From Psilocybe cubensis (Eukaryota): a stretch of DNA of 64,000 bases. Under the pieces are notes generated by a model that was given only the letters and a program-made list of their open reading frames with translations, ran no database searches and was not told where the DNA came from. A program made the position numbers and the translations under genes. Location of the stretch: assembly GCA_017499595.2 (NCBI GenBank), contig CM039001.1, forward strand, positions 744,001-808,000, read 5' to 3'. Shown in pieces: positions 1 to 16,267 of this stretch; within the stretch, counting starts at the first letter, position 1, and each line of letters starts with the position of its first letter.

Positions 1-835
1 CCTCACCCGCTGCCGCACCCGCGGTAGCCTGCACTACCTCCCTTTCCGCCCGCTCCAAGAGCTTCACTAGCCCCTCCAAGGCCATGTGGAAGTCTTGTCC
101 AGCCGCGATCTGCTTCTCGCTGTCCTGCGCCTGCAGGTACCGGTAGAACGCAGGCACGAGTGCGCGGTTGACATGGTCTGCTTGAAGTCGCGCGAGCGCA
201 CGCGCGTCTGTATCCAAATCAGCTGCGCATATACGAGCTTTTTTGAATTACGCACAAGGGTTAGTCACAGGCGGCAAAATACCGCGCTTGGTCGTCGTAG
301 CCGCCAGACTACATGTACGCGCATACATGAAATAAAAAAACTCTGACAAAACCAAAAAACTCACTCTTCTAAAAACTCCAAGATAACAGAGCTCTCATTC
401 AACGATCTCGGAGGGTTCTGATACCGATTAAATCTAAGCGCAGGCACGAGTCCTTTCGGGGACACATCCAACAGCTCCTTTGGCTTCTTATACGGGTCCA
501 CTTCATCTGTGAAATCTTAAATCTCCGCCCAACCTGCTGAACGTACTATAAAAGACGCACAATACTAATTACCCCAAACGCATAAGCCTCAAATCTCAAA
601 ATAATTATCAATTAACACCCACCTTATACCCAATCCCAAGCACCTCAAGCGCCACCCAAACCCTCTGCACAAACGGACAAAAGCAGCTTCCAAACAGCGT
701 AATCTCCTCCACCCCCTTCTCATCCGCATGCGCACGCGCAGTGACAAGCGCAGCGCCCGTGCACTCGGTGTGATACACTCTCCCTGCATCCTTGTCCTTG
801 ATTGATTCAGAAGTTGTATTTGCCGAGGTCGACAT
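1..835 (-). CDS. Glutathione S-transferase (omega-like, CPF motif); 3' end runs off the window
   Basis: Spliced translation MSTSANTT...LFGSCFCPFVQRVWVALEVLGIGYK|Y|YEVDPYKKPKELLDVSPKGLVPAL...LNESSVILEFLE|DLAA...|YARALARLQADHVNRALVPAFYRYLQ. Shows the GST N-terminal CPF, VP and ES motifs; GT-AG introns, including a 4-nt exon at 561-564. Confidence 0.9.
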
Positions 836-1303
836 CAGAGTTCGATATTTCAATCTTTAAGTAAGTAAGTAATGGCTCGTTTTGTTAGCGTTTTGGCTGT
901 GGAAAAGCAGCTCCAATGGTATGTGGGAAGACCAAAGGTTTTGTCTCGAAATAGGGGCTGGTGGCCTGTGCACGCATGACGCGCTTGCGACGCGTGACCT
1001 TCGGCTTCAGCGTGCCGTTTCATTGTCTGGGTTCCAAAATCGCGATTTGCCGTAGTTGCATTTCTTGGCAATGGCACTTGGTCTTTTGGTGATAACTAAC
1101 TCTAACTCTTTCGACTCAGACAACTCCTGCTTGAAGATTCAGAGGTTATATAGTACACATCTACGGTCAAAGTCAGTGTCTGACTGTCAATGTCACTTGG
1201 GTCTTTTTTGATGAGTGAGCCGCCGCAGTGACGGTGAATAGCTAGGTCTTGTTGGTTGAAGATGATAATCAAGCTTTAATATAACCAAGTTCAAATCACT
1301 ATG

Positions 1304-2288
1304 CTATACTGGTTCGTACTTGGGGAGAGATTCAACCCGCTCCGGCTTGCCAATAGTAGATGGTTCTGGTGTGGTTAGGCCGGCCTGTGATGGTGCAGCA
1401 TTTGTCGTGGTTGCTAAGGCTGCCACCTCGCGTCGCATTGTTTCTATCTGGCCTTCTAGCACGTAAATGTATCTTTGTGCGGTCTCAAATGGATCCAGGG
1501 GTTGCGATATGGGAGGAGGAGGAGGAGCGGGAGGAGGTGGAGGTAGAGGTGCTTTCAGTGCTTTTGGTGGTTGTGGTTGTGTGACAGATTCGGTATATGG
1601 GTTGGCAATACGACTATCATTCCCCGTAAGTTGCCGCTTGCGTCGTCTACAATAGACCAGGAGGATTACCAAGAGGCCTAGTACTGCTGGGACTGCAATC
1701 CCCACGGCGATAGGGATAATCTTTGAAGGTTTTGCGTGCTGCTCCACTAATTGGTTTGGGTTGATCTCTGTACTTCCCGATGTACTGCTCGCTGTACTTC
1801 CCAATGTACTGCTCTCTGTACTTCCCGATGTACTGCGCGCTGTACTTCCCGATGTACGGCTTGCTGTACTTCCCAATGTACTGCTCGCTGTACTTCTCAA
1901 TGTACTACTCGCTGTACTTCTTGCCGTACTTCTCAACGTACTACTCGCTTTACTTCTTGCCGTACTTCTCAACGTACTACTCCTTGTACTTCCCGCTGTA
2001 TTAGCAGATGTAACACCCACTGCAGTAATTGTCAATGTGAACTTTACCGACGACTCTTCAGGCGGGGGAAGTCCCAAAATTGGAACGGAAGACGAAAGCG
2101 TCAATAATGCCGACTCGCTAGTGGAACTGGTGGTATCCAAAACAGCTCTACGTTGCTTCGTCGAGACCGCACAAAGTGGGTCAGGGCTGGACAGAGGAAA
2201 CACCCGCGGTATAAGAGTTGGCATCCTGGGTAAAGGATCGAACGTGGAGCGTGGTACCAGCTTTCTTAGGCTTTCAGCTATTGGTAGC
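1304..2288 (-). CDS. Ser/Thr-rich single-pass membrane protein (Mid2/Wsc-like architecture); main exon only, 5' exons uncertain
   Basis: ORF 1304..2224 extends in frame to an AG acceptor at ~2289. S/T-rich repeat ectodomain, TM helix IIPIAVGIAVPAVLGLLVILLVY followed by CRRRKR, a Pro-rich tail and C-terminal LPKY. Confidence 0.75.
1768..2000. repeat. Coding minisatellite, 24-bp unit built from 12-bp subunits (tgtacttcccgatgtactgctcgc-like)
   Basis: About 9-10 degenerate units, encoding STLGSTAS/STSGSTAR octapeptides on the minus strand. Confidence 0.9.
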
Positions 2289-4067
2289 CTACAGGGAAGA
2301 TATTAAGCTTGCAAGGGTTTCATACAACTTGGAATCACTGACCGGAATAAGATATAATCTGATCACTGTGGAATATCTCCCCTTCAGATAACTGTAAAAG
2401 AATGGCAAGCGCGGTGTCTTTGTGAGTGGGATTACAGTTATTATACCATAATCACAGTATTCATCCGACCAATCCGAGTATGGCTTATCCTGATGATCGG
2501 TAACCTGAAATAAATAAAGATGTGTGCAACAATGCCATATCAAACAGCGGATGGTAGTAGCACAGCGAAGTGATGTTCAAGAAGATATCACCAACTGGCT
2601 ATTATTCTCCTCTTCCAGGATCAGGTAGTAGAGAAACAAGCATCAAAATGCATTTCTGGTATATATACTGGACAACCATCTGCCATCTCAACAATTTGCT
2701 CTATGAATGGTGTTTAACCGAGAAGGTATCGTAGAATTTTGCAATGTCTGATACACGTCCAAAAACTTCTCAGTAACGGCTTGACCGTTACCTCACGATA
2801 CAATATAGATAACTACTCAAAGGCACCATCTTTGCATTCAACCTATTGATCAGAAAGTCCATGTGTCCTTTCTCTTTTGTGGATCATATTGTGAGATGTA
2901 ATACAGTAAAATTGTTGCCGTTGCCTGTCTTTGATACCTTTCGCTGAATTCTTGACGCCCAACATCCACCGAAACTATTTTGTTTTACCGCTCATGGAGC
3001 TGGTTATACCTAGGAATTTGTCTGAGAATTCCACACAATTCGGAAATCGGGGAAAAAATCAGTGGATGCACATTATCGTGTTTTTATGTCAACCACACAT
3101 GGAGTGAGCAATGACTCGGTTTAATGACGAAGCACACTCACTCACCGTATAGTTATCCTGTACGCTGGACTTTGTCTTGCGGGTCTGAACCAAGTGTTTC
3201 CACTACGTTTGCTTAGCCATTGTCCTATGGACCTACATTCGAAAATACAGGTAATAAATTGTACTCAATCACCCTGCACAAAATCAGACGCAAGAATGCC
3301 TCACAACTTTCTACGCAACTCTCGTAGCTGTCTACTAAATATAGCTGATCCGTTCTGCACGTTGCTCTGAACGCAGGAGGTTCCATTGGTGGGGAATAAT
3401 ATCACAAGACAGCACCATTTTATCAAATGAGAGTCATTTATTTCAAGGACACAAATTGCCAACCTCTCCAACAAAAATTTTACGCACACACACAGAGGTG
3501 ACACCAAGACACATCCAGACGCAGGATCTCCTAATCCAGCCAGTGCCGCGCGCGCGATTACGAGATAAAAGGAAGCCAACGCCTAACAAAGACGGGTTTA
3601 GAGAACGAACCCAAGATAAGCTTTGAGGAGGCTCAAATTGATAGAAAAAGAGTGTCTAGTATGTTATCAGTTGATGTTCTATATGGTCTCGGACCATGAA
3701 TGAAAGTAAACAGAATTGTGTCCGCGCTGGCAGATTTGACGCTGCTGAGCGTTAACAAGAACGAAAACATCGTCTTGCACCATAATATGTATAACGTTTA
3801 TTATTTCACGGAGTCGTTGAAATGCACCACCAGTAATTCAGAATAAAGTGTATTGGAAGGAGTCAAGATCAAAACGCAATTCGAAATGGGAATGGTATGA
3901 ATGTGAGTGGCGGTGCATGGTTTATTGGTTGTTTCTTGCTTTGCACATGATTGGCAAAACCCTCTCTTTGCCTTGGACTGGCTCTCATGCGAGAAGTAAA
4001 CGCGTCTTAACCTGGTCTTAATTGTCTGTTGGCTCAAGCTTGCTTTGTGAAATATTCTCCCTTCACG

Positions 4068-5532
4068 ATGTCGAAAAGAGGTCTCTCCCCGCCGCCCTCT
4101 GGGGGGATAGTTATAAAACGTGCCAAAGCTTCTCCTCCACCATCAAACCAAATTGCTATTTCTTCTGCGGGTGATGATAGAAATAAGGGACTTATTCGTA
4201 CTGTGCAGCGGACTAGTAATTTGGATGCACCTATTATCAGCTTAGCAGGAGCACATTCGGTACGTTTACTTACGTATCCCTAAAGATATTTTACAAGACT
4301 TCTAATTGATGACATTCGTTCACCAAATTATTCAGGGAGAAATTACAAGTTGTAGGTTTGACCCTACTGGACAAAATATTGCAGCTTGTTCAACAGATAG
4401 AAGTATCTGTACGTATGATATCTATTCTGCCTCTCAGAACGCGATATACTGAGCTGCCTTAATTCCAGCCTTCTGGCGAACTTATGCACCCAACACTAAC
4501 TACGGCCTCCTCTCAAGCCACGCAAAAGCTCCCATTCTCGACATTCAATGGTCCCTGTTCTCCCCACTCATTTACTCCGTCTCTGCAGACCACACTCTCT
4601 GTATGACCGACGTAACGACTGGCCAGCGCACCCGCAAAATTCGTGCCCACCGCGAGATCATCAACACGGTTGATCGCACCATGGCCAGTGGGTCTGGCGT
4701 CGAACTCCTTGCTACGGGATCAGACGATGGGACGGTCAAGATTTGGGAGGGTGGGGAAGAAGCTGGAAAGACAGCAGTTTCCACGTTTGATATTGGATGT
4801 CCGGTCACAAGCGTTTGCTGGAGCGCAGATGGGAACAGTCTATACATCGGCGCTATCGACAATGAAATTCACGTATGTCTCAAATTTTTTGACCTCTGTT
4901 GCAGCGTCTTCGCTCTAAGTGTCGTTGTGCTGATTTCAATTGTTTTCTTGTGAATATTATATAGGTCTATGATCTCCGCAAAGGTGAACAGGTGTCATCA
5001 CTCCTGGGACTGACAGACACTCCGACATCCCTGTCCCTTTCACCGAACGGAAATTTCCTCCTCTCACCTTCACTCTCATCTCAGACAATTGTTTGGGATG
5101 TTCGCCCCTTTTCTCCTACACCATCGCGGATACACCGCGTCCTGCATGGCGCCCCGGCTGGCTTCGAAAATACCTTATTGCGAGGTGCTTGGAGCAGGGA
5201 CGACGGCGGAAAACGCGCGGCTGTTGGTGGTGCCGACAGGGCAGTGTGCATCTGGGACGTAGACAGTGCCAAAATTCTCTACAAGGTTCGTCTTCACGTA
5301 ATTTCATATGCTTTTAAGAATGTTCTAACGACCTTCTTTTGTGTAGTTGCCAGGTCATAAGGGGACCGTCACGTCTGTTGATTTCCATCCTAAAGAACCT
5401 ATCAGTGCGTTTTTTTTTTGCTCCGAGATTGTCAACCTCAGGTTTGCTTATATTCAACTTTTTGCAGTCCTGACGGGAAGCAAGGACGGAACAATGTTGT
5501 TAGGCGAAATCGAAGTTGGCCTTGACGTATAA
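4068..5532 (+). CDS. SNRNP40: WD40 protein, U5 snRNP 40-kDa subunit (SNRNP40/Cwf17/Spf38-like)
   Basis: RTSNLDAPIISLAGAH...FDPTGQNIAACSTDRSI...LATGSDDGTVKIW...VWDVRPF...FENTLLRGAWS...LYKLPGHKGTVTSVDFHPKEPI; multi-exon with GT-AG introns. Confidence 0.85.
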
Positions 5533-5994
5533 TGAATCCCTTGCAGGCCTTCATCCATCACTTCACCCTTTGCTTGTATGTATATCACCCATCCCACGCG
5601 CAAAAACTTTGAGGTGTTGAGGAGACCCTTACCCATTCTCTTTAATGATCTATCCTCACCATACATTATACATCAAGCCCAAGGCTCGATGATCAAGACC
5701 AAATGCAGGAACTTTGAGGACGGGGTTCAAACGAAGACTATCACCTAAAAAGTGAAATTTCCATCTAACGTGAATGTCATAGATATTTACATACAGAGTG
5801 AGGCTGTGTTTATGATGCAAAGTGAATATGCGTGCGAGGATTATAGTAAGTATGTAAGAGGTTAAACAGATCGTCGTATAGGCTGATGCACCCAGGCAAG
5901 TCATATAATCGGTGGGTGTGGGGTAAAGTGGCTCATCCGTCCCAAAAAGTGGGCACTGAAGCCGTTTGAGATAGCAAGATATGGGGGAACAGTA

Positions 5995-8744
<2,750 letters not shown>

Positions 8745-9363
8745 GGTAAATGAGAAGAGGACTAGAAGAGGGCAAGAGTTACAAAAATCTAATGAGCGTG
8801 ACTCAAATTAGTGGCATTGGCTTATAACGGTACCGCCACGCCTGTCCCACGCGTCGCGATCGTTCCTTCTCCCTGACCAACACAAGGCCTTGTTCACAAT
8901 GTGCAACACTTGTGGAAACAACGATTTGACCCAAATGTACTGTCCAGCAGGGCATTGGCTTCTGAACAACATATCTTTCTCCTGTTTACCTGGACTTGGG
9001 CAAGGTTTCAATGGCAATAATAACGCCGTCGGATAAACTTAAAATACTCGGCTTGCTACTTTGGTTTGTCCCTTTGCCATATCTAAAACACTGTTTTGGA
9101 ACGCATATACTCAACGTTCGCTAATATAGGTGCACTAGTTAGTAAGGTCATTTCCTGCGACCCAAGGAACACACTGCTCTGCAAGTTCACTATCCAGCTG
9201 GTCGGACAACATCTGCTTTTGCTTCCATATATGGACAACATTCAAGAGACATGCAAGCAGCTGATTGCGATGTACCTGTTAGGCATTGTACCCAATTACT
9301 GTTCACGGCAAGATACAGCTCTCACTCCTACATATCTTCCGAAATCTTCACTTTCTTGCAGAA

Positions 9364-12300
9364 ATGGCCAATCCTGTGTCATGGACTAGAAAGTCTTACG
9401 TGTATCCGATAGGAAATACGCCACCGATCTGCCTTACTCAGGAGCTTTCTCCAGATGAGCATGCGGAAATCCTTCTCCTGGGGTGTGGAGACCCAAGGTC
9501 CATCCTTTTCACCATACACCATGATCTCGCAATTGGTTCGTCTAAATATCGTGTTTTAAAAGATTCAATTAACCATGAATACATGAAGCTTATCGTCGGA
9601 TGGATATAACTTGCTGTGACTTGGAGCCAGCAATCTTAGGTGCGAGCTTCCACCCTTATGTTTGCCACGTTTGTTGACTTTCAAACAGCACGAAACATAC
9701 TTCTTCTCACAATGGCCGCAGAGAGCATTTCAATAACCACAATCTGGTCGATATTCTACCACTTTTTTTTGGATCACAACGAATATCGCACTCTGTTATC
9801 ACACTGCCGCAAACTTGTTCAAGCTTCTGCGCATATGGAGACTTGGAAGGCATCCAAATACGGTTGCTACATTCGCTTTTGTACGGACGCATCACTTTCA
9901 GACGTGCGTCGACATTGGGCTTTGTATGCAGAATCTGATGCACTCTCCAACGAAGAGAAAGTAGCCATTCGTGAATCCTTTGAATTAGGAATGAAATCAG
10001 TCGTGGACCAATTCAAGGAGAACACTATTTTTACTAGCGTTCGATCAGCAGGTCCCCCCTTCTTAACTTTCGCTCACGAGGCCATGAAATCCCATGCTGC
10101 TTATTGGAAAATGGGCACGACCGATGATCGTTCCTCAACCCTTCCACACTTCAACCCCACATTTTATTATTCAGGATTAGGGGGGAAATTTTCGGTACAC
10201 TACGGAACCGAACCGTTACTTGCTTTCCATCTAGCACCAGCGTTGATTCCCATCAAAGACTTTGTGTCCTCGCCAAACCCTACCATCAAATATGCAACGA
10301 AGGTTGCCATGGACCAGTTTGAACTTTGGTGTACTGCCTTCCGACAGAGAATTTCTGATGGCGCAGGCGCGAATCTAATACTACGGTTTCACGTGGGTGA
10401 AGCGTTGGCCTTCTGTCGGGCACTCTTTGTTTGCCAGCGCGAGAAAGTGACAAAATGTGGTGCCTATACATCGCAATGGGGCGGATCACAGATTTCTCTT
10501 GAAACTGCTGAATATTCTGGAAATACCCCTCTTGCTCCTGTCTTTTTTAATGTCATAGATACCTCCAACTTGACGGATCACGTAGGACTTCTCAATCTTT
10601 TGGCTGTTACGATTCCATTGCTGCAGAGAAAACCATGGGCGGTCATTCATACAAATTCTCTTGTTCCAGAAAGCCCTGATGGTCTTTACGTTAAAGGGTT
10701 GATCGCAAGAGCATGCTACGATATTCCAACACTTTCATTGGCACTTGGAGTTTCTCCTGCACCATGCATGTCACATTTCACCACTGTATCCAGCAAGCAT
10801 GAGGTGCTTGCATCTACCCTCGTATCTACCCCCGGCCAAATGCACGAGTACACATCCTGGAAAATTCCAACAACTCTATTAACGAGTTCAGACCGTGAAC
10901 ATTCTGCATCCCATACCCAAAAACTTGCTGGTCAACGTTGGCAGGTAGATGATTTCGCGCGATTCATTTTCTTGCTAGCGCGTGCAATGTTCATAGATGA
11001 GGACATCAATAGTGCCAGTGGATCTAATCAAAGGCTCAAAAGACTGTCCTATTACACCAGGGAGAGCCTAGTCTCTTTAATGGCCCTTTTCAAAAATCGG
11101 CTCCATGGAGTTGACTGGGATGCTATCGTTAAAAGGGTTGATATTTTACAAGGATACGACGACACCGGCAATTGTGGGCAAGATTTTGTTTGCCAACTTT
11201 ACCTTCGTGATGTTTTCGTGATGGATTCGATGAAACCATCAGTTCTCCGAGAAAAATATCCTCATAGTACTTTTTTCCGTGGATGGAGAGATTTACCGCC
11301 GGTTGTGTGTGCTGTTCTCAGAATCCCTCGTCAGAAGCTCAAGGACCTTGAAAACATGTCTTTCGAAAAGCTACCAGTGGCTATTCTCCGAGGCGATTAT
11401 CGAGCTCAAACGACGGCTGGTGAAATATACGAGACCTTTTCGTCAATCAGACCTATCTTTGGAGATATGGTTGTTTCAATGGTGGACGGCGAGCCTTGTG
11501 TTTCGATAAACGAGGACTTACTGGGATGGTATGGTGAATCGGATTTGATTGTGTCATTCTTCATGTCGTCTTGGGCTTTACTTGAATACGGTCCAGAGGT
11601 TCTTGAGATCGGATTTGGGATTAAAGCGAGCCCGGCCACAGTGCTGGAACTCTGGCCCGTACTTGGGTTCCATCTCGACATATATTCTACCAGTGCCAAT
11701 TCTGCAAATGTCCACTTTGTCCGCCATCGTCCTAACAATGCCGAAGAACTACATTACCTACGAGCCCGTCCCACTGTCTCTACATCCGAGGTTGGAAACG
11801 TTGTCGAGGTCAAGTGTGCGCCACATTTACCAGTGGTGGAATCTTTTTTGATTAGATACAACATCACTGAGGTTGCCTTAAAACGGAGTCTTGCGCAAGG
11901 AGCGGCCGTAACAACAAAACCTATATCAGACAGTATCATTTGCCTCAGCGTTTCAAATTACGAACGGCTTCTCTCATTTCCATTCGCCATTTATACCAAC
12001 AAGCTGAAAGTGAAAATCGCTCGTCAGTCAGCTTATATCGAGGCAAGATTGCTTATAGTTCACCTTTAAATTATCTGACAATATTTTAGGTAGAAGCACC
12101 TATTAGGCCAGTTTTCGAAGACAACGACAAGCCTGCTGTTGTTCCATTTACTGTCGCTTGTACCTCAAGCTCGATCAATCTACTAAATGTTCATTATCTT
12201 AATTTGAACAAGCTTCCTGCTCTCCAATTCCCGAGGGGCGTGGAGATGAAATTTAACTGGCTGGGAATCCACCTAGGAATGTCGCCTTCTGATCGCGAGA

Positions 12301-13079
12301 AAAAATTTGCAAATCTCCCTACTTCTCATCCGCTTACTATGGTTATCCATCTGAAACAAACCATCAACACCATTTTCTTAAAGTTCGTTGAACTGGGTGA
12401 ACAGGCACGAGTGATTGGGCTCCGCAAACTCGGCCAGGATGTCGGAATTTATGCATTAATTTTCATCAACGATATCCGGTTCGACTTGTCGGCACAAACT
12501 GTTGTGGTTGACGCTTGTGCGATCCCTTTGTACAAGTCGATACTCCCAAGAATTTCGGACTACTTGGGGGTCATCGCTCCTTTTCAGATTATCACTGATG
12601 ACGACGAAACGTTGGCTTGGAAGACGCTTCTCCCAGTCTTCGCCGAACGCTGTAGGACATGGAAACATAAAGCCAACTGCGAGTACCTTTCGGAGGGTTT
12701 CCCATTGCCAAGTGGTTTGGAAGGATACGCTTCCAGTACATTATGCAGTTGCGGCAAAGGGAAGGACTTAGGAGCGTGGGCGGAGGTCCCTGAATGGAGA
12801 TCAATGATACCCGAAGCGACACGAATTGCCATCAGCCCTCTTTTCACGTTTTCGACTTCTTATGACGAAGTTAAGGCGCTCAAGGTCACTTTAGATTCCA
12901 TTGGGTCCAATAGTTTCTCGTCCAGGTCGTCGTCCGCTCGAAGGTGTGCGAAATGTGGTATACAGGGGGGTCAGGCTCTTCAGAGGTGTAGCGTATGCAA
13001 GACGACGTTGTACTGCTCTGCCTCGTGTCAGCAAAGCGATTGGCGACGCCACAAGTCTGTATGTGTCCCAAGAACGTAG
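9364..13079 (+). CDS. DUF4470 + C-terminal MYND zinc-finger protein
   Basis: N-terminal YPIGNTPPICLT...ILLLGCGDPRSILFT...TCCDLEPAIL, FNVIDTSNLTDHVG, PVFAERCRTWKH; C-terminal CAKC...RCSVCKTTLYCSASCQQSDWRRHKSVC. Includes a GC-AG intron at 12043-12089. Confidence 0.9.
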
Positions 13080-13834
13080 CTGTACAACGTCAAGTATCAA
13101 TGTTTGGTGCAAGGAAGGTTAGGAGTAAGATATGTTTAAACAAAACTGGTCGATGCAGAGAAGTACCGAGCTGACGCCGTAAATTTCCACCCAAATAATG
13201 TTGTGCTCCACCTGGAGCGTTCAAGTATTGTTGTCAATGAAAACTCGTGCTCTCTATACCAATTTATTTCTAACTATAGATCGTCATATCAATCTAGCAA
13301 GCTCTGTTGGACTCCAAGTTACTGACATATCAGCAATACAATCGGACATATATACGGTGCACGGGTGCACGTAAGTCCCCTTCAAAAGGAATGCACTTAC
13401 CAGCAAATCACTTTCTCTAATCCCGAATGCCACCAGCCAATTGATTTCTCCGCATTTTTTGGCCGCATACCTGAATCCATATATCAGAGTAGATAAGAGT
13501 TGAAATTAGAAGTAAAATGATTGTTGGACACTCAAATTACTGTTTCATGGTATGACAATCGCGAGAATCCGTGTCCATAAACACAAGTCGCGACATTGGG
13601 CAGGAGCTGCAGATCCTGCTTTCCATAACCATATGGTATCATGACATAGTAAGAATCACCGCTCGTTGTCATTAAAAACACATTGCTGATGTTCTGTCAT
13701 TGTTGTGCAGAAACTAGATGTTCTTTGTGCCTGTGCCCCATGGGGTCATAAGGGTCTCGAAATCATGCTTAAAAGCCAATACAAGTTCCAGAGATTGAAT
13801 TTCAAGTCTCCACTAAGGCTTTCAGGAACCAGAG

Positions 13835-15077
13835 ATGTCTTCTTCAGACTCAGATGAGATCCCTCTCTATGTGCAGACGACGTTTCTTAGTACCGACCTA
13901 AACTCGACTATGATGTTTGTATTTTTGATGGGTGAGCCTCATAGTCAACAGCAATATTCCGAGAAGTGCTTAATATTATGTTTAGGGATTTACACTACAG
14001 TGTACTTCGGCACGTTGTACATCTACAGTGAGTTTAGCAGAATAATCGCTATCATGATGGAGGCACAGCATGAGATAAAATAAAAATCTCTAGCGACATA
14101 CAAAAAGAACGGCAGCCGCATAATTGCGGGAGCAATTACTGCGTTATACGGTTCGACCGTCGTACAGCTTGGGCTGCAATGGCGACTCACAAATCTGGAG
14201 TTTATCACTAATGGAGACACCAGACTGTCGATATTTTTGTACTCCGTGAACGGCGGTGCAGGTATATCATTCACTGGGGCCGTCGTGGAGTATATATCAT
14301 ATATATTGGCCGATGGGTTGTTGGTGGGTCTTGCAATATACCCTCCACCCGGCTTTGAACTGACGTGATCCTAAAGCTTTGGAGAGCGTACCATTTATGC
14401 GGTCGGTCGATAATCCGTTTGGCGATTCCATTGGTCTTCTTTACTGCAGAAATCGGTGGGCCCTTCCTCCAAGATTTGAACGAAAATGCTGACTGAAATC
14501 TTCTTACTAGCCCTTTGTATAGCTTCAACAATTATTCAAGGAAGACTGTGGTTCCAGATAGGGTATGCCACAGACGCCACAAGAAACCTAGGAAATATCA
14601 TCGTCGGATGCTTGGCTGTCGTCACCGCGTTAACCAGCCTGATGGGCACCTTCATTATCTGCCATAAAATCATGTCTTCGACAAATGGAATATTGCGCTC
14701 GAAGAACCGATACACACACCTTGTACACGCGTTGATTGAGTCCTGCATGATGTACTCGTTGGCCGGAATAGTGTTTGCTGTGTCTAGTTTTCTCTTTTTG
14801 ATGCCTAACACCGTAGATGAGTGGGATTTGGTGCCGTTTGAATTGAACGAATATTTTGAGGCACTGAGTACTGTCGTCACGGTTAGTCTGTTTTGGCTTT
14901 CCTCTCTATAATTTGCTGACGAAACCAAAGGGAATTGCGCCGACACTGATGGTCGCTAAAATCAGTCTTTCTTCTTCGCCCAACGCACATGCATCGACAA
15001 CTCACCAGATATCTGGTCTACAATTCCAATCGAATCTGTACCCAGCCGAAAATGAAAGCGAGAAGGATGACGTCTGA
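13835..15077 (+). CDS. Agaricomycete-type multi-pass (about 7-TM) membrane protein, unknown function
   Basis: Spliced hydrophobic helices with family motifs FLMGIYTTVYFGTLYIY, LADGLL|LWRAY, LIESCMMYS and GIAPTLMVAK. Confidence 0.8.
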
Positions 15078-15277
15078 TATGTCAAAAGTTCTGATTGCTT
15101 GTATGTTGTCTACTTTATAAATACACACGATCGTGGAGGACCCACAAATCGGATGAAATACGCACACAACTCTACACGGCGCCTATAGTACATAATAATC
15201 GAATAGTTCCTATTGGTTGAATCAGACAAGGCCTTAACGTAGATTGGCAAATCTAATATCACGCGCCGATGTCCAGA

Positions 15278-16118
15278 TCACTGGGCTGCAACTTTTGCCT
15301 GAGCTTTCATTTTGAAGTAGTCCTCATGCAAACCGCATTCAGTCTTTTCCTTTCCAGCCCACCTTCCAGCCCGTTCATCCTGACCTTCCGCAACTTTCGT
15401 GGTGCTATGCCAGTCGCCAACGCTGCGATACCCTTGATCGAGGAGTTTGTTCCTTGGAACATTATTCTCCTTGATATACCACTCAACTAATGAGAAGTTC
15501 CACGCAAAGAGGGGATTGAGTTTGAGGAGTCCAGTAGAGTCGACTTCGAGGGGCTGGAGAGAAGCGCGTGCGGCGCCTTGTGATGCGCGTCGGCCAGTGA
15601 TGACAGATTTGACGTTAAAGGCTTCATAGGCTCTCCGTGCTGGTTCGACCTGTATTTTTATAAGATAAATAAAAAAATAAAAGGTTATTGATACCACTTT
15701 CCTTGACCAGATAATCGTATTTGGCTTCGTCTGTTTCCCACAATTTTGAACCATAAGTCTCTTCAAAATCCTTCGCTGTCTCGCATCCTTCAGGCTTGAA
15801 AACGCGAACTGGGACACCGTATCGTTTCTTCACATCCTCCACCAGTTCATATGTCTCTGCAAAATGGTATAAGGTGTCCAAGAAGATCAAAGGAGGAGGT
15901 GATGATGTCAATTTGGACAGCATATCGATCGCGACAAGTCCTGTGAGTCCGAAGGCCGTCGTCTGGTATAAGTTGGGCAAGTACTCCACACCCCATTTCA
16001 GAATTTCTTCAGGGGTCAAAGACGACAGATAGGCGTTGATGCTGGAGAGATCTGACTCGCTCAAAGGCAACTGGAGGGGTTTTGAGAGCTCTGGAAGTTG
16101 TTGTGACGTTGGCGACAT
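15278..16118 (-). CDS. MET16: PAPS reductase
   Basis: LYQTTAFGLTGLVAIDML, LIFLDTLYHF, YDYLVK|VEPARRAY, ITGRRASQG, GYRSVGDWHST, ERAGRW, KTECGLH. One 52-nt intron (15650-15701) with a GA donor. Confidence 0.96.
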
Positions 16119-16267
16119 TGTTCGGTCGATTATTTAATTGAAATTAAGAGATGATGCGATTTCTTTGCGAAACGTGGAATATGAAAGTGCGTATAAGAGA
16201 TAAATGTCATCCTCACTTGGTTTTTTACTGTCATAACTTCCGAGAGTGCTGAATCAGATCAAGAGCG

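Noticed and set aside
1751..2306. Plus-strand ORFs with Cys-rich, Leu-rich and MYCSLYFP repeats resembling peptide precursors
   Set aside because: Shadow frames of the stop-free minisatellite; the minus frame has a coherent TM and tail architecture.
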